From NCBI RefSeq assembly GCF_018350175.1, contig NC_058368.1, forward strand, positions 204,168,001-204,232,000: a stretch of 64,000 nt of DNA, read 5' to 3'. The DNA is from Felis catus. Taxonomy: Eukaryota. Both the position numbers and the translations under genes were made by a program. The number at the start of each line of letters is the position of its first letter. Position 1 is the stretch's first letter. The notes beneath the pieces were generated by a model, which had not been told where the DNA came from, ran no database searches, and worked only from the letters and a program-made list of their open reading frames with translations. This document shows positions 12,827 through 24,800 of this stretch, in pieces.

Positions 12827-14074
12827 AAGAGTTGCAAGCTTTACCAACTGAGCCAGCCAGGTGCCCCTGGCCTCTTGGCATTTTGCATTACCTACCACCT
12901 GCCACTTAGTCCTGTAACAGTCCCCAGATATGGATATAGTCCTTGTAGTATCTTGGCACCTTTTCTGTAAAATGTGGGTAATTGGAATGGCTGTCTCATA
13001 GGATGTGAGGATTAAATAAAATGGTAAAAGTAAAGCTCTTGAAACAATGGCTGGCACATACTAAATATTAACTATTGTTATTGTGATGAAGCTAAATCCA
13101 TCCCTGTTATCTCTAAGTCTACCTTTCACATCTCATAAGAATAGGGGTAAAGTTACGTAACAGTAAATAGGGAGAAGGCACAGGATAACATCTCAATTAA
13201 AGATACCCTGTAAAGAAACCCTGATGTCTCCATGGATGCATAGTAGCCTTAGTCTCAGATAAGAATGTCTCAGGTGTAAAGAAAGTGCTAGCCATCATCA
13301 AAGTTCCTAGGGGAACAAAAGGGTAATGAATGCGAACAAAAGCCTGGCACAGGTCGAGGGTATCTACCTAATGGAACATTAGGATAACTCACTCTCACTG
13401 TTTTGGAATATACAGTTTGTGAGTCCTTCCTGAAGAACAGAAAAGTAAGAAGTGACTGACCGCTACATAAAAGAATGGACTTCAATGTCCCCATCGAATT
13501 TTTACACTGTTGTCTTGTCTTTGTAATACATGCTCAGTGCTACAACATACTTATTATTTTAAAGATGAGGAAAATGAGGCTCAGAGAAGCTAAATCCCTG
13601 GCTTACCTAGGATCACACAGGCTTTAAGGGTCAAGGCCAGGATCTAAGCCAAGCTCTGGTCCACTTTGAATCCTACATTTTTCACCACACCAAAGAACTT
13701 TACTTTTTGTTGGCTTCCTTCCCTTCAATTTTTGCCAACAATCAACAGCATGAATCATTTATTTAGGATTGCCGTAATTAAAGCCATTCTTCTCACTCAT
13801 TTAGGTGAAGCTGTTAATACTGTTTTTATTAGTAAGAAGAGAAAATGGTTAACATGAGTTTTGTTCCTAATTGAAATGATTCTCAAGACAAGATTGAAAA
13901 ACATTAAACCTGACTTAATATAAAGGGCTACAATCAGAGTTTGTGAGGATATTTCAGTATAACAGTAAAGAAATGAATTTTTTCTCCTTTTCATTACTTA
14001 CATTCATTCTTCATTTGGCTGTCACAGCACCAGACCTGACAAAAACAATAATTTACACATAAGTAATGTCTAGA

Positions 14075-14412
14075 ACTTTGCTGTGCAATGCGGTAGCCAC
14101 TCGCCACATGTACCTACTGAACACCTGAAATGTGCCAATCCCAACGGAGACGTGCTGCAAGTATAAAATACACATTGTGTTTTAATTAGTACAAGAAAGG
14201 GGAAAACATCTCATTAACATTTTTTTGTGTTAGTTACATGTTGAAATACCATTTTGGATATATTCGGTAAAGTAAAATAGATTAAAATAATTCCACCTGT
14301 TTTTTTTTGTTTTTTTTGTTTTTTACTCGTTAATGTGGCTTCTAGAAAATTTGTAATTACATAAGTAGCTTGCGTTTGTGCTCGCGCTATATTTTTATTG
14401 GACGGTACTGGT
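14075..14412. mobile_element. MER33/MER3-like hAT-Charlie DNA transposon fossil
   Basis: gctgtgcaatgcggtagccactcgccacatg...tacatgttgaaata..ttttggatata...taatgtggcttctagaaaattt...ttttattggacggtactg. Confidence 0.75.
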
Positions 14413-14539
14413 AGACGACGAAAAAGAGGGTAATTTCATTGAAAGGTAGTGCATTTTGTGAACATTTCCGGACGGGAAGAGAAAAGAGAGAAGACTGAAG
14501 CCTGGGCACAGTAGGTAGGACCTACTCTGATAACTACCT

Positions 14540-15870
14540 TATGTGAATTGAAAGGGGCGGGGGAGAGAGGTGCATTTTGATTGCGTTCCCCACTCCCTCC
14601 CCCGCGGCCGACCAGACAGGTGGCGGAGCTTCTCCCGCAGCGGTCCTTCCGGGCCAGTCCTCGGGCCGGCCGGCTCCGGGTCATTGAACACACCTGCGCG
14701 CCCACGGAGGTGCGCGTCCGCGAACCCTGGCGCTGCCTCCACGCCCCCTCCCCCCGTATTTTTATTTTCCTGGCATCAACCGTCAGTCTCGCACTTCTCT
14801 ACCGAGAGGCACCGCGTAGGTAAGGCCTGCCTGGGGTGAGCACCCCTCTCTGCTCTCGGCCCGCCCCGGGGGGTGGGCCGAGATGCCCTCGCCAGGTCCC
14901 CGCGTCGGGTAGGGCTGTCCGGCGGCCGGGAAGCCACTGGCCGAGCGGCCTGCTGGGCCGCGGCACCCAGCCCGCCACGAACCGCAGCAGACGCGGAGGA
15001 CGCGCCCGGGGCCTCCGGGCCGCGGGGGGCCGCTGTGACCCGCCTTCGCCCCCGCCGCGCCGAAGGCGGGGGAGCCGGGTTTGGGGGAGAATCGAAAAGC
15101 GGAGGGCAGCCGCGGGGGGCGGGCGCTCTGGAGCGGCGGGTTCGGCGGGTGCTCCGGCTGCGGTCCGCTCCGCCCGAGGCGCCAAGGAACCGCGCAGGGG
15201 CCCGCAGTCCTCCTCCTCCATGAGGCCCGAGTGAGCGCGGCGGCGAGAGCCGGCCCGCGGCGCCTCCCCCCCCCCCCCCGCGTCCTCTCCCGAGCGCAGC
15301 GGCAGCGGCCCCCGGCGGCGGAGGAGGAGGAGCATGTCGGACGGTTTCGATCGGGCCCCAGGTGCTGGTCGGGGCCGGAGCCGGGGCCTGGGCCGCGGAG
15401 GGGGCGGGCCTGAGGGCGGCGGTTTCCCGAACGGAGCGGGGGCTGCTGAGCGGCCGCGGCACCAGCCGCCGCCGCAGCCCAAAGCCCCGGGCTTCCTGCA
15501 GCCGCCGCCGCTGCGCCAGCCCAGGACGGCCCCGCCGCCAGGGGCCCAGTGCGAGGTCCCCGCCGGCCCCCAGAGGCCTCCCCGGCCCGGGGCGCTCCCA
15601 GGTACGGAGCTGCTCTAGGGGACCCTGTCCTCCTGGGCCAACGCTTCCCCACGGCCCTTGGCGCGAGGCAAGGCCGGCGCTCTTTTTCCTTCTACCCCCC
15701 CCCCAACCCCCCCGTTCCCCGAAAGCGTTCCCCGAGGGGCCCGGTTGTTCCGGGGTGGGGACGGGCCCGGAACGGGGTTTGGAAGGTGGCTGCCGGAATC
15801 CTTTGTGCGCCCCGGCTGGGGGGAGGGGCCCAAGCGCGGTCTCTGAGTTCTGCCGTCCGGGGAGGAAGTA
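14540..15870. promoter_or_regulatory. CpG island / PAIP1 promoter and exon 1
   Basis: Very GC- and CpG-rich relative to flanks; GC box GGGGCGGGG ~14553, ETS-like TTCCGG ~14648, no obvious TATA; contains the PAIP1 start codon. Confidence 0.92.
15334..15601 (+). CDS. PAIP1: PAIP1 coding exon 1 (Gly/Pro-rich N-terminus)
   Basis: ATG in GGAGCATGT context; [18 protein letters not shown]...PGALP; donor CCAG|GTACGG at 15601/15602; 268 nt. Confidence 0.96.
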
Positions 15871-18800
15871 AAAATCGCCTCCCCCTTCCCAGCCTTGGAA
15901 AGGGAGACCTTAAGCGTGCAACCACCTCTTTTAACTCCTTAAAAACGAAAAAAGGAAAAAGAAAGCTCTCGAGCATTCATTTAGGAGGCAGGTATGGCCA
16001 TAAATGAGCTAAAGCAGCCTATTGTTCCTTTTTGCAGGCTTTCTGTATATATCCTGGCGATAACCTTAATATTCGTGACAGTTCTTGTTTAACTCTTAAA
16101 AACCAGTCCTTCTCCTGTGGCTTTTCAGCAGATAGTAAGTTGCTATACAAAGGAATGAACGCATCTAACACCCCGTTTTTCCTTTCTCAGAGCAAACGAG
16201 GCCCCTGAGAGCTCCACCTAGTTCACAGGATAATATCCCACAGCAGAACTTGGAGTCAGCAATGGCTAAACCCCAGGTGGTTGTAGCTCCTGTATTAATG
16301 TCTAAGCTTTCTGTGAACGCTCCTGAATTTTATCCATCAGGTTATTCTTCTAATTATACAGTAAGTATGCCTTTTTACTACAATTCTGGGTTAATATTAC
16401 TGGAATAACGTGATTACTTTATGTCAATTGGTATGCTGGAACTTTCTACTACACATAAAAACGTCATGAATTCTTTACACTCTCCAAGAAACCAGACAGA
16501 TTCAGGAATATGTTTTGTGGTTTGTGATGTTCAAAATATCCATGTAAATTGAGAGTAGACCTTTTTGTCTTTTTTCACTGTATTCCCGGTATCTATAGAG
16601 TATTTCTAGCCTAGTAAAGGATATACTTAGGGTATTTTCAATATATAAAACTAAAATTTGTGTCCAGGGCCACCTGGGTGGCTCAGTGGGTTAAGCCTCC
16701 GACTTCTGCTCAGGTCATGCTCTCAGGTTAGTGAGTTCCAGCCCCTGATGGGGTTCTCCCTGCTGTCAGCACAGAGCTGGCTTCCCATCCTCTGTACCCC
16801 CCCCCCCCCCCGCCCCTGCTTCTGTGCACTCACACTTTCTCTGGTTCTATTTCAAAAATAAACATTAAATTAAAAAAAAACTACATTAAAAAAATAACAA
16901 AATTTGTGTCCAGACTAAGTGGATGATCTATAGAATAATGGCCTGGCAAAGCTGATTTTAAATTGGATTTCAGCAAGATAACTGAATATTCATTGGTAGT
17001 TTTAGAGTAAATTAAACCATAGTTATGCTGCGGACTAATTTGAGGTAAGTTTTTTAATGTTACACATCTGGACTCTATTATGTTAAAACAGGTGTTTCTG
17101 GTTGTAATTAAAGAAACGTAGGAGGTTTTGATAAAGTGTTTACACAAGTATGAAGAACTTTTAAACTTTCAGGTTCATTTTTGTCAATAACTTAATAAAC
17201 TGAACTCCTTTTAAGTGGGAGAAAACACAACACAATTGGGAATATGTCCTGGGTAAATGCATAGCAATTGATTGTAGATAAGTGGGGCAGGAACCATTAG
17301 AGGGTTAAAATGATACTTTAGCACAGAAGTCTTCTCTTTCCTAATTTCTTAGTTTTACTGACATTTAACCCAATAGGGTACATAAAGGTTAGCTCAAAGT
17401 TTTACAAAATGAACACTTAAGCAACCAGTGTCCAAACCAAAAAAAGGAACATTAACAAAGCTCCCTATGTGTCCTCCTAATTATTACTGCTCTCCAGGTT
17501 AACTACTATTTTGATTTACAAGTTTTGCCTGTTTTCAAAGTTTATATGAAAGCACTCATACAGAATATATTTTTTTCACTTTTTTTGACATTCAAATTAA
17601 TCCATGTTTTAGCTTATAATTGAAGGTGACTTAATCTAGCATTCCATTGTGAGAATATACCACAGTCCCATCTTGTCTGTTTTTGTTTTAACACTTGTCC
17701 CCTTTGTCTTCTCTAAATTTTTTTTTTAATCTTAAGGAGGCTTCACGCCTAGCGTGGGGCTTGAACTCATGACCCTGAGATCAAGCGTTGCATGCTTTAC
17801 CAACTGAGCCAGCCAGGCACCTGTTTCCCTTTGTCTCTTGATAAACATTTGATTGTTTCCACTTTGGGGCTATTATAAATAGGGCTGCTATTCTACCCAT
17901 GGGTACGTACCTAGGAGTGGAATTGCAGGGACATAGGGTGGTCAACTCATTTTTCCCCCCAGAGGTTTTAAGTAATCTCTACACCCAGCATAGGGCTTGA
18001 AGTCCACATCAAGATCAAGAGTTTTATGCTCTACCAACAGAACCACCCAGTTGCACCGGTAGCCAACTTTAATGGAGATTGCCAAATAGTTTTCCAAAGA
18101 GAATGTTCCAATGTACACTCTGAGTAGTATGTAATTTCCACTTACTCTGCTTCCTTGTCAGTATTTGGAAATTTCTGTTTTTAAGTTTAGCCATTCTGGT
18201 GGGTATGTGGTATCTACTTGTGGTTTTTTATTAAATTTTAATGTTTGCTTATTTTTGAGAGAGAAACTGAGTAGGGGAGGGGCAGAGAGAGAGAGAGGCA
18301 GGCACAGAACTTGAAGCAGGCTCCAGGCTCCACACTGTCAGCACAGAGCCTGATGTGGGCCTCTTACAAACTATGAGATCATAACCTGAGCCGAAGTTGG
18401 ATGCTTAACCCACTGAGCCATCCAGGCGCCCCACTACTTGTGGTTTTAATTTGTGTTTACCTGATAACTAATGATGGCACACCTATTTTGTTGCTTCTTG
18501 GGTGGGGGGCAGTGCTTTCCTTCCATATTTGATAGAAAAGGTATGGAAAAACTGTACCCCATGTTTTAGAAACTCCATGCATCTTAGACTGCCGTAGGAA
18601 AAAGCTTTGGTGGGCATCTGGATGACTTGGTCAGTTGAACGTCTGACTCTGATTTCGGCTCAGGTCGTGATCCCATGGTTCATGAGTTCGGGTGCCACAT
18701 GGGCTCTTGGCTGACAGCAAGGGGCTTGCTTCAGATTCTCCCTCTTTCTCTGCCCCTCCTCCACTTATACTCACTCGCTCACGTGTGCACGCTCACATGC

Positions 18801-21800
18801 TCTCTCTGAAGATAAATAAACTTAAAAAACAAAAAAAAGCTTTGTGGCCGGGAAGGGGAAAGGATAGGCATTCAGAAAGAGCAGTTGATTTGATGTCAGT
18901 CATGTAAAATAGAAGCGAGGACAGCTTGGATTCTTGCCAAAAAGTTGTATTTGGCTCGGAGAGGGAAAGAACCATTGGAGAGCTGTGAGTAGTTGAATTA
19001 ACTCTTGAAGAGCACTTTCAGACAGCCACAAACTGTTTCCCATTTGTCTCCCTGTTGGGCCATTTTATGATAGGGATGTGTTTTTTGTGTGTTTTTTTTT
19101 TTTTGTTTTGTTTTTTGTTTTTTCCAGAGTTCTGTATCAACTAGTTTACATAGTTCAGGTGACTCCTGGGCTACAGAGCCATGTTGGTCCACTTATTTTG
19201 AGCCATTGTCCTCTGTTAGGCACTCCTTGATATCTTCTATTAGATTAGTTTCTTCTATGCTCAGTTGGCCAGAACAGATTGCAAACCAGAAGCCCATGGC
19301 TCGTATGTGGCCTGCAGGTGTGTCGTCTTTGGCCCTCATTGTTTTTCCTTTTTTTTTTTTTTTTAAAGGCCTGTTTAATAACCAACCAGTACTTAAATTA
19401 GATGTTGCAAATCTAAATTTTCTGGTTTCTCTTAAAATCATAAGATGGGGTTGTACCGGACTGTTAACTTTGCTAGAGCAAAAAATTGTCTGCAGCGAAT
19501 GGAGGCAGCCACCTTAGATGGAATACATGACCTCTAATTGCTCATTGGCTTGCCTCATTTGTTTGTAATCCGCCTCTATTCTATAATCATTCAAGATTGC
19601 TACCCCTGCTCTGGTGCATTCTCTAGTCTTCCTCATTTACCCTTTTACCCTCTATCAAAGGTAAGTGTTTTACTCTGTCCACTTAGTCACAGAATGACAG
19701 TATTCTTGGTTTTTTCCCTGACTCTTAGGATAGGGTCTTGTGACAGATAACAGTAGCCATAATTCAAAGTTAGTTATATTCACTCACTCATTCAACAGAT
19801 AGTTGGATTCTTACTGTGAGTCAAGCACTGGGGATACAGCAGTGAACAAAATAAAAGTGCCTTAAGTCTGCTTTGATATGCATGAAAATCTGGGTATCTT
19901 TGAACTGGATCTGTTCTCAAGTATTCATACTTTTTTCTGAAACCTTTATGATAGTTGCTTGTGCTTTCTCAACCCTGCCAAGGTTCTGAACCCTTTTATC
20001 CTCGAGTCCTTCCTCTAATCCCACTGCTAGAATTTCCTGCTTTCTATGCTTTCTTACCAGGGAGTTGCTGTATCTGTCAACTCCTGGCTATTGCTTCTTC
20101 TCGGATCAACCATTACATCTTGAATATTTAATCACAGCTCACTTACAAGAACCAAAAATTCTACATAGGAATTCACAAAGCATTTATTAAGAAACAAAAA
20201 TTCCCACCCGTCAAAATCCCTTCTTTCTTCTAAGAATGTTCCCCTCAAGTTACTGCCTATTTCTTTTGCCTTTCAATAGTGATGTTCTCCTAAATGTAAA
20301 CTTATTCACTGTTAGTACTATTTTACTTCTCAGTGATCAAACCTCTGTAGGCTGATCCCCCTATTTGATTTGGTACTATTTTTGTGACCTTTACTGATGC
20401 TCTTTGGGTTTTAAAATCTATCGTCCTCTTTTTATTTATTTGTTTATCTACCTTGAGAGCACGAGCGGAGGAAGGGCAAAGAGAGAGAATCCTGAGCAGG
20501 CTCCATACTGTCAGTGCAGAGCCTGACATGGGGCTTGATCTCGCGAACCGGGAGATCATGACCTGACCTGAATTCAAGAGTCAGATGCTTAACCTACTGA
20601 ACCACCCAGGTACCCCTAAAATCTATTGTCCTCTTAACCCTCATCTTAGTAGACTGACCACCGTATGATCTGTGCAGTTTAACAAGTCCCAGTGAGTCTG
20701 GTCCTGTGCTAGGGGCCAAGGGTACCTTTTCAGTCTTTTAGAAGTTCCTCTTGTTTTTATAAAAACTGAATATTTAAGATACCAATTTTAATTTTTCCCT
20801 CTCTCTGCCTAGTGTTTCATTCCTAAGACTGCAACCATTGTTCTTTCAGATTTCAACTCCTAAGATTATTTGCCTCTGTAGCATTTGCCTCTGAGCACCT
20901 CTTCTTTTTCCTTTGGCCACTGGGGCAGTGCTTTCTTCATCCTTCCAGTTTGCAGATCATTCCTTCTTCACTCAGACTGTAGTCCCCTGAGGTTCTTCCC
21001 CCCACCCCCCCACATTTTATTACCTGCCTTGGTGATCCTACCTGTCACTTAGAATCTGACCATTGCCTGTCTACTGATACTGAAATCTAATTCTTTCTCT
21101 GAACTCCTGCCTTGTGTTTGTTTTGACTTGTTCATGAGGATCTCACGTTGAAATTCAAGTATAAAAAAAGAATTTATCTTCTGCAAGCCTTTTTTTTTTT
21201 ATATTCTAACTAGTTGTGTAGGCCAAAAACAGTATATTGACTCCTGTTTGTCTTTCACACTCTTGCCCCCTTCAAACTAAAGTAGTCTTGACTCTGCCAC
21301 CGTCTAGGTGTCTGATCGGTTTCCTTTTATTCCTGCTGCTTTGGATTAAGGTCTTCTCTGTACCAATGTATTCAAAGTATCTTCCATGAAAAGTGCATTG
21401 TCTAACTGTCCCTCCTAATCTCTTGGCACAGAATTCTAAGAAAAATAAGTAAAACTTCATCCCTCAGCTTAAAAGCCATTTAACTCCACATTGAAGACTG
21501 ATGAAATTTGTACTTGGAAAAATCTGGTACTAGAGAAATAATGCAAACACATCGGAGTGCTGGTCTGTCCAGAATACTCTGTGCTTCCTTTTTTGCTTGA
21601 AATGGCAGCTTGTGAACCAGTCCCCTGTAATGCTTATAATCAGAACAGCTCTACTCTCCCTTCTTTACTTTTGGACTTTGGGCTCTCTTAAAAGAGTTCT
21701 GCTTCTTTGAGACTGCATTTTTGCCACAGTGAGTGACATTTGATAGAAACCAGAAATTAATACCTTCAGCTAGGACGTGTCGGATTCCTGCTTTTCTGTC

Positions 21801-24800
21801 AGTAGTAACAGGACACTCCAAATCTATAAAACTCTGTATGTCAAAGTATTTTTAATGTAAAATGTATACGTAGCTAATATTAAGTGTATTTAATGTATGC
21901 ATTTATAATGCTTAACTGCTTTCAGTTTTATAAAACAGTGGTCACTATTTATAATATGAACATTCATGGACTCCAGAGCTGTAATCCCTTGTCTATCTTT
22001 CCAGAAATTTTCACCGTCTCCAAATCTCTTAAAATTAAGCTGTCCTAAAATACAGTTCTGTTCTTTGCATTTAACATTAGTGATTTCTGTATTAATAGAT
22101 GTAAATCTATCGTGTTTACGTGGCTATTTGATCTATTACATGGATATAAGGTGGTATATTTAGCCAGTTCTTTGTTGTTAGGTGGATTGTTGGCAATGAA
22201 TATTCTTGTACATATGTCAAAATTGGATTTTAAGCCTTTGTCAGTTCCTTGGAGTGTAGCATAGAGGTTAGAACCACAGGGTTTGTTCTGTGCTCAGTTC
22301 TTCTGACTAGCTGTGTGACTGCAGCAATTACTTAAGTTGGTACATGGTCTTTCCTTGTTCCAGCCTTCTTTGCCCAATGGTTTTTCCACTGGCTTTCAAG
22401 CCAGTCTTAGTGTGGTCCCTAAGATTGTACGTGATTTCCCATCTGCCTCATTGATCTTGTTAGCTATTACCCCCTCTTCAGTGTCTGTTCTGGCTTTTCT
22501 TAAAGGTATCAGATAAGCACCTATCGTCTTGAGGCCTGTGTGCTGCCCTTTTTTTTTCTTTTTTTTTAAATGTTTATTTTTGAGAAAGAGCACGAGCGGG
22601 GGAGGGGCAGACAGAGTGGGGACAGAGGATCCGGGTTGGGCTCTGCTCTGACAGCAGCAAGCCTCCTGTGGGGCTCGAACTCCTGAACCCTGAGATCACT
22701 ACCTGAACCAAAGTTTGACTTTCAACTGACTTGAGTCTCCCAAGCGCCTTGGGGCCTATGTGCTTTGTAAGCCTACTTTCTAAGCCTCAGATATTTGTAT
22801 GGCTGGGTTTATTTTTTTTCTTTTCATCTTCAAATGAGATGTTAACTCTTCTAAATCCTTCCTTTTTTTTTGTTTTTGCTTTTTTTTTTATTCCAATATA
22901 GTTAATCTACAGTGTTCTATTACTTTTAGCCCACCTTTTTTCATAGGATATCCTAACATGTGAATAATGTCTTCCATGGTGGAAGATAAGCTCCACTGGA
23001 GGAGGACTTTGTCTCCTTTGTTCATGCCAAGACAGTACCCCCCCAGCACCTAGAACAGTTTTTGGCACTTAGTAGGAACTCAACAGTGAACACTTTTGAA
23101 TAAATAACCAAAGGTGACTTAACTGCTCTGGGTTCGTTTCTTCCATCTGTGCCAAGTTTTTTAGGGTTAAGTGAGACAAGCTTGCAGAGCTCTTAACAGT
23201 GTCTGTCGCATATTATACATAGCTTATTAATCAGGGTATCCTCTTATATACCAAGAAGTGTGGACTTTTATTCTGTTCTTCAGATGCTTTTAGGTGTGGT
23301 TCTTTAGGTATGAGAACATGACTGTGGCATTTGTAATGTTTTACTGTTTTCCCAGAAATGTAGAAATTTGCTGAACTCTTAATGCCTTACTATGTGCTAG
23401 TCACAGGTCTAAGGGCATTTACTCATTAACTCATTTAATCTTCAGTCATATAGGTGTAATGTTTATGATGAATAAATTTGAATTTCATCAATGTTAATTT
23501 CTTTATTTTAGGGTGGAGTCATTTTTAAAATTTTATTTTTTAATTTTTTTGATGTTTTTATTTTTGAGAGAGAATGCAAGCAGGGGTGGGGCAGAGAGAG
23601 AGGGAGACAAAGAATCTGAAGCAGACTCCAGGTTCTGAGCTGTCAGCACAGAGCCCAACGTGGTGCTTGAATTTGTAAACTGCAGCATCATGACTTGAGC
23701 CGAGGTCGGCAGCTTAACCGACTGAGCCACCCAGGTGCCCCTAAAATTTTTTTTTTTTTTTTAACTAAGTTCTGTACCCAACGTGGGCCTAGAACTCATG
23801 ACCCTGAAATCAGGAGTCTCTACCAACTGAGCCATCCAGGTGCCCCTAGAGGAGAGTCATTTAATTTGCATTCAGTTTTGAGATCAGAACATTTAATGTA
23901 TCAGTTTACCTGCTCTTCTCAACAAACGCTATGAGCATGATATGGGCACGTGAATCTGCTCTTCCTGCAGTTGGTCTTATTTCCTTAGTGTGTCTCATAG
24001 TACATGCAACTAATGTAAAGTAGCATCCCTTTAATTTTCCTAAGGAAAATTTGGACTCCTGATTTTTTTTTTCTTTATGCACTCACTGGCTTTAGAACCT
24101 AATCTCTTCATAAAATGCTTCTATGTTGTCATAATTCTTTCATGTGGTTTCTCATTTGACTCCTTTTGGAAAAGGGTAAGTTTCATTAGTATAATTCTTA
24201 TTAGGTCATAACTATTAAGCAAATTTCAGAATACTTTGGTTGGTGTTGGAGGCATTGCAAGTATCCAGGTTGATAATCGCATCTGAAACCTTTTGCAGTA
24301 CTCACCCTGTTCAGCCTCTTGCCATTCACTAAAAGACTGAAAATTACCAAAGGTGATCGTGGTAAAACATAGTTGGAAACTGCTACAGTCAAGGTTGGCT
24401 AGAAGCCTGGATATAGCAGCCCAAGTCTGCCAGTTACACTGTGGTGAAATTTGTAGTCCCTTAACTATATATTTCTCTGTCCTTGGGAATTAACAGATGA
24501 CAGACCTTACTGGGTTCTTTTTTCAATATAGAAATTGTTAAATAACTGTAAGAATATGAAGAGTGTGATGACCCCCCACTCCTCCCCCCCCCCCCATGGC
24601 CCCAACAGTTAGGTACCTGTGGCCTAACTGTGGGCATTCTAATGTCACTATCTGTGGCCTCTTCTCCCTTCCCACTTTGAAGCAAATCTCAGTTCTTGTA
24701 CCCATAAATAGATCAAAATCTTAATTTTGATATTGGTGTTATAGTAAAATATTGGTTTAAATTTTGTCATTCATCTTATAAATCTGCCAGGGATGAGAAG

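Noticed and set aside
1..14000. Possible lncRNA or exons upstream of PAIP1 (NNT/NNT-AS1 side in recalled human synteny)
   Set aside because: The region is largely explained by repeats; no supportable exon chain or NNT-like coding sequence is visible.
14436..16007. Many overlapping 70-290-aa GC-rich ORFs on both strands
   Set aside because: Expected stop-codon depletion in a CpG island; only the frame starting at 15334 splices into a recognisable protein.
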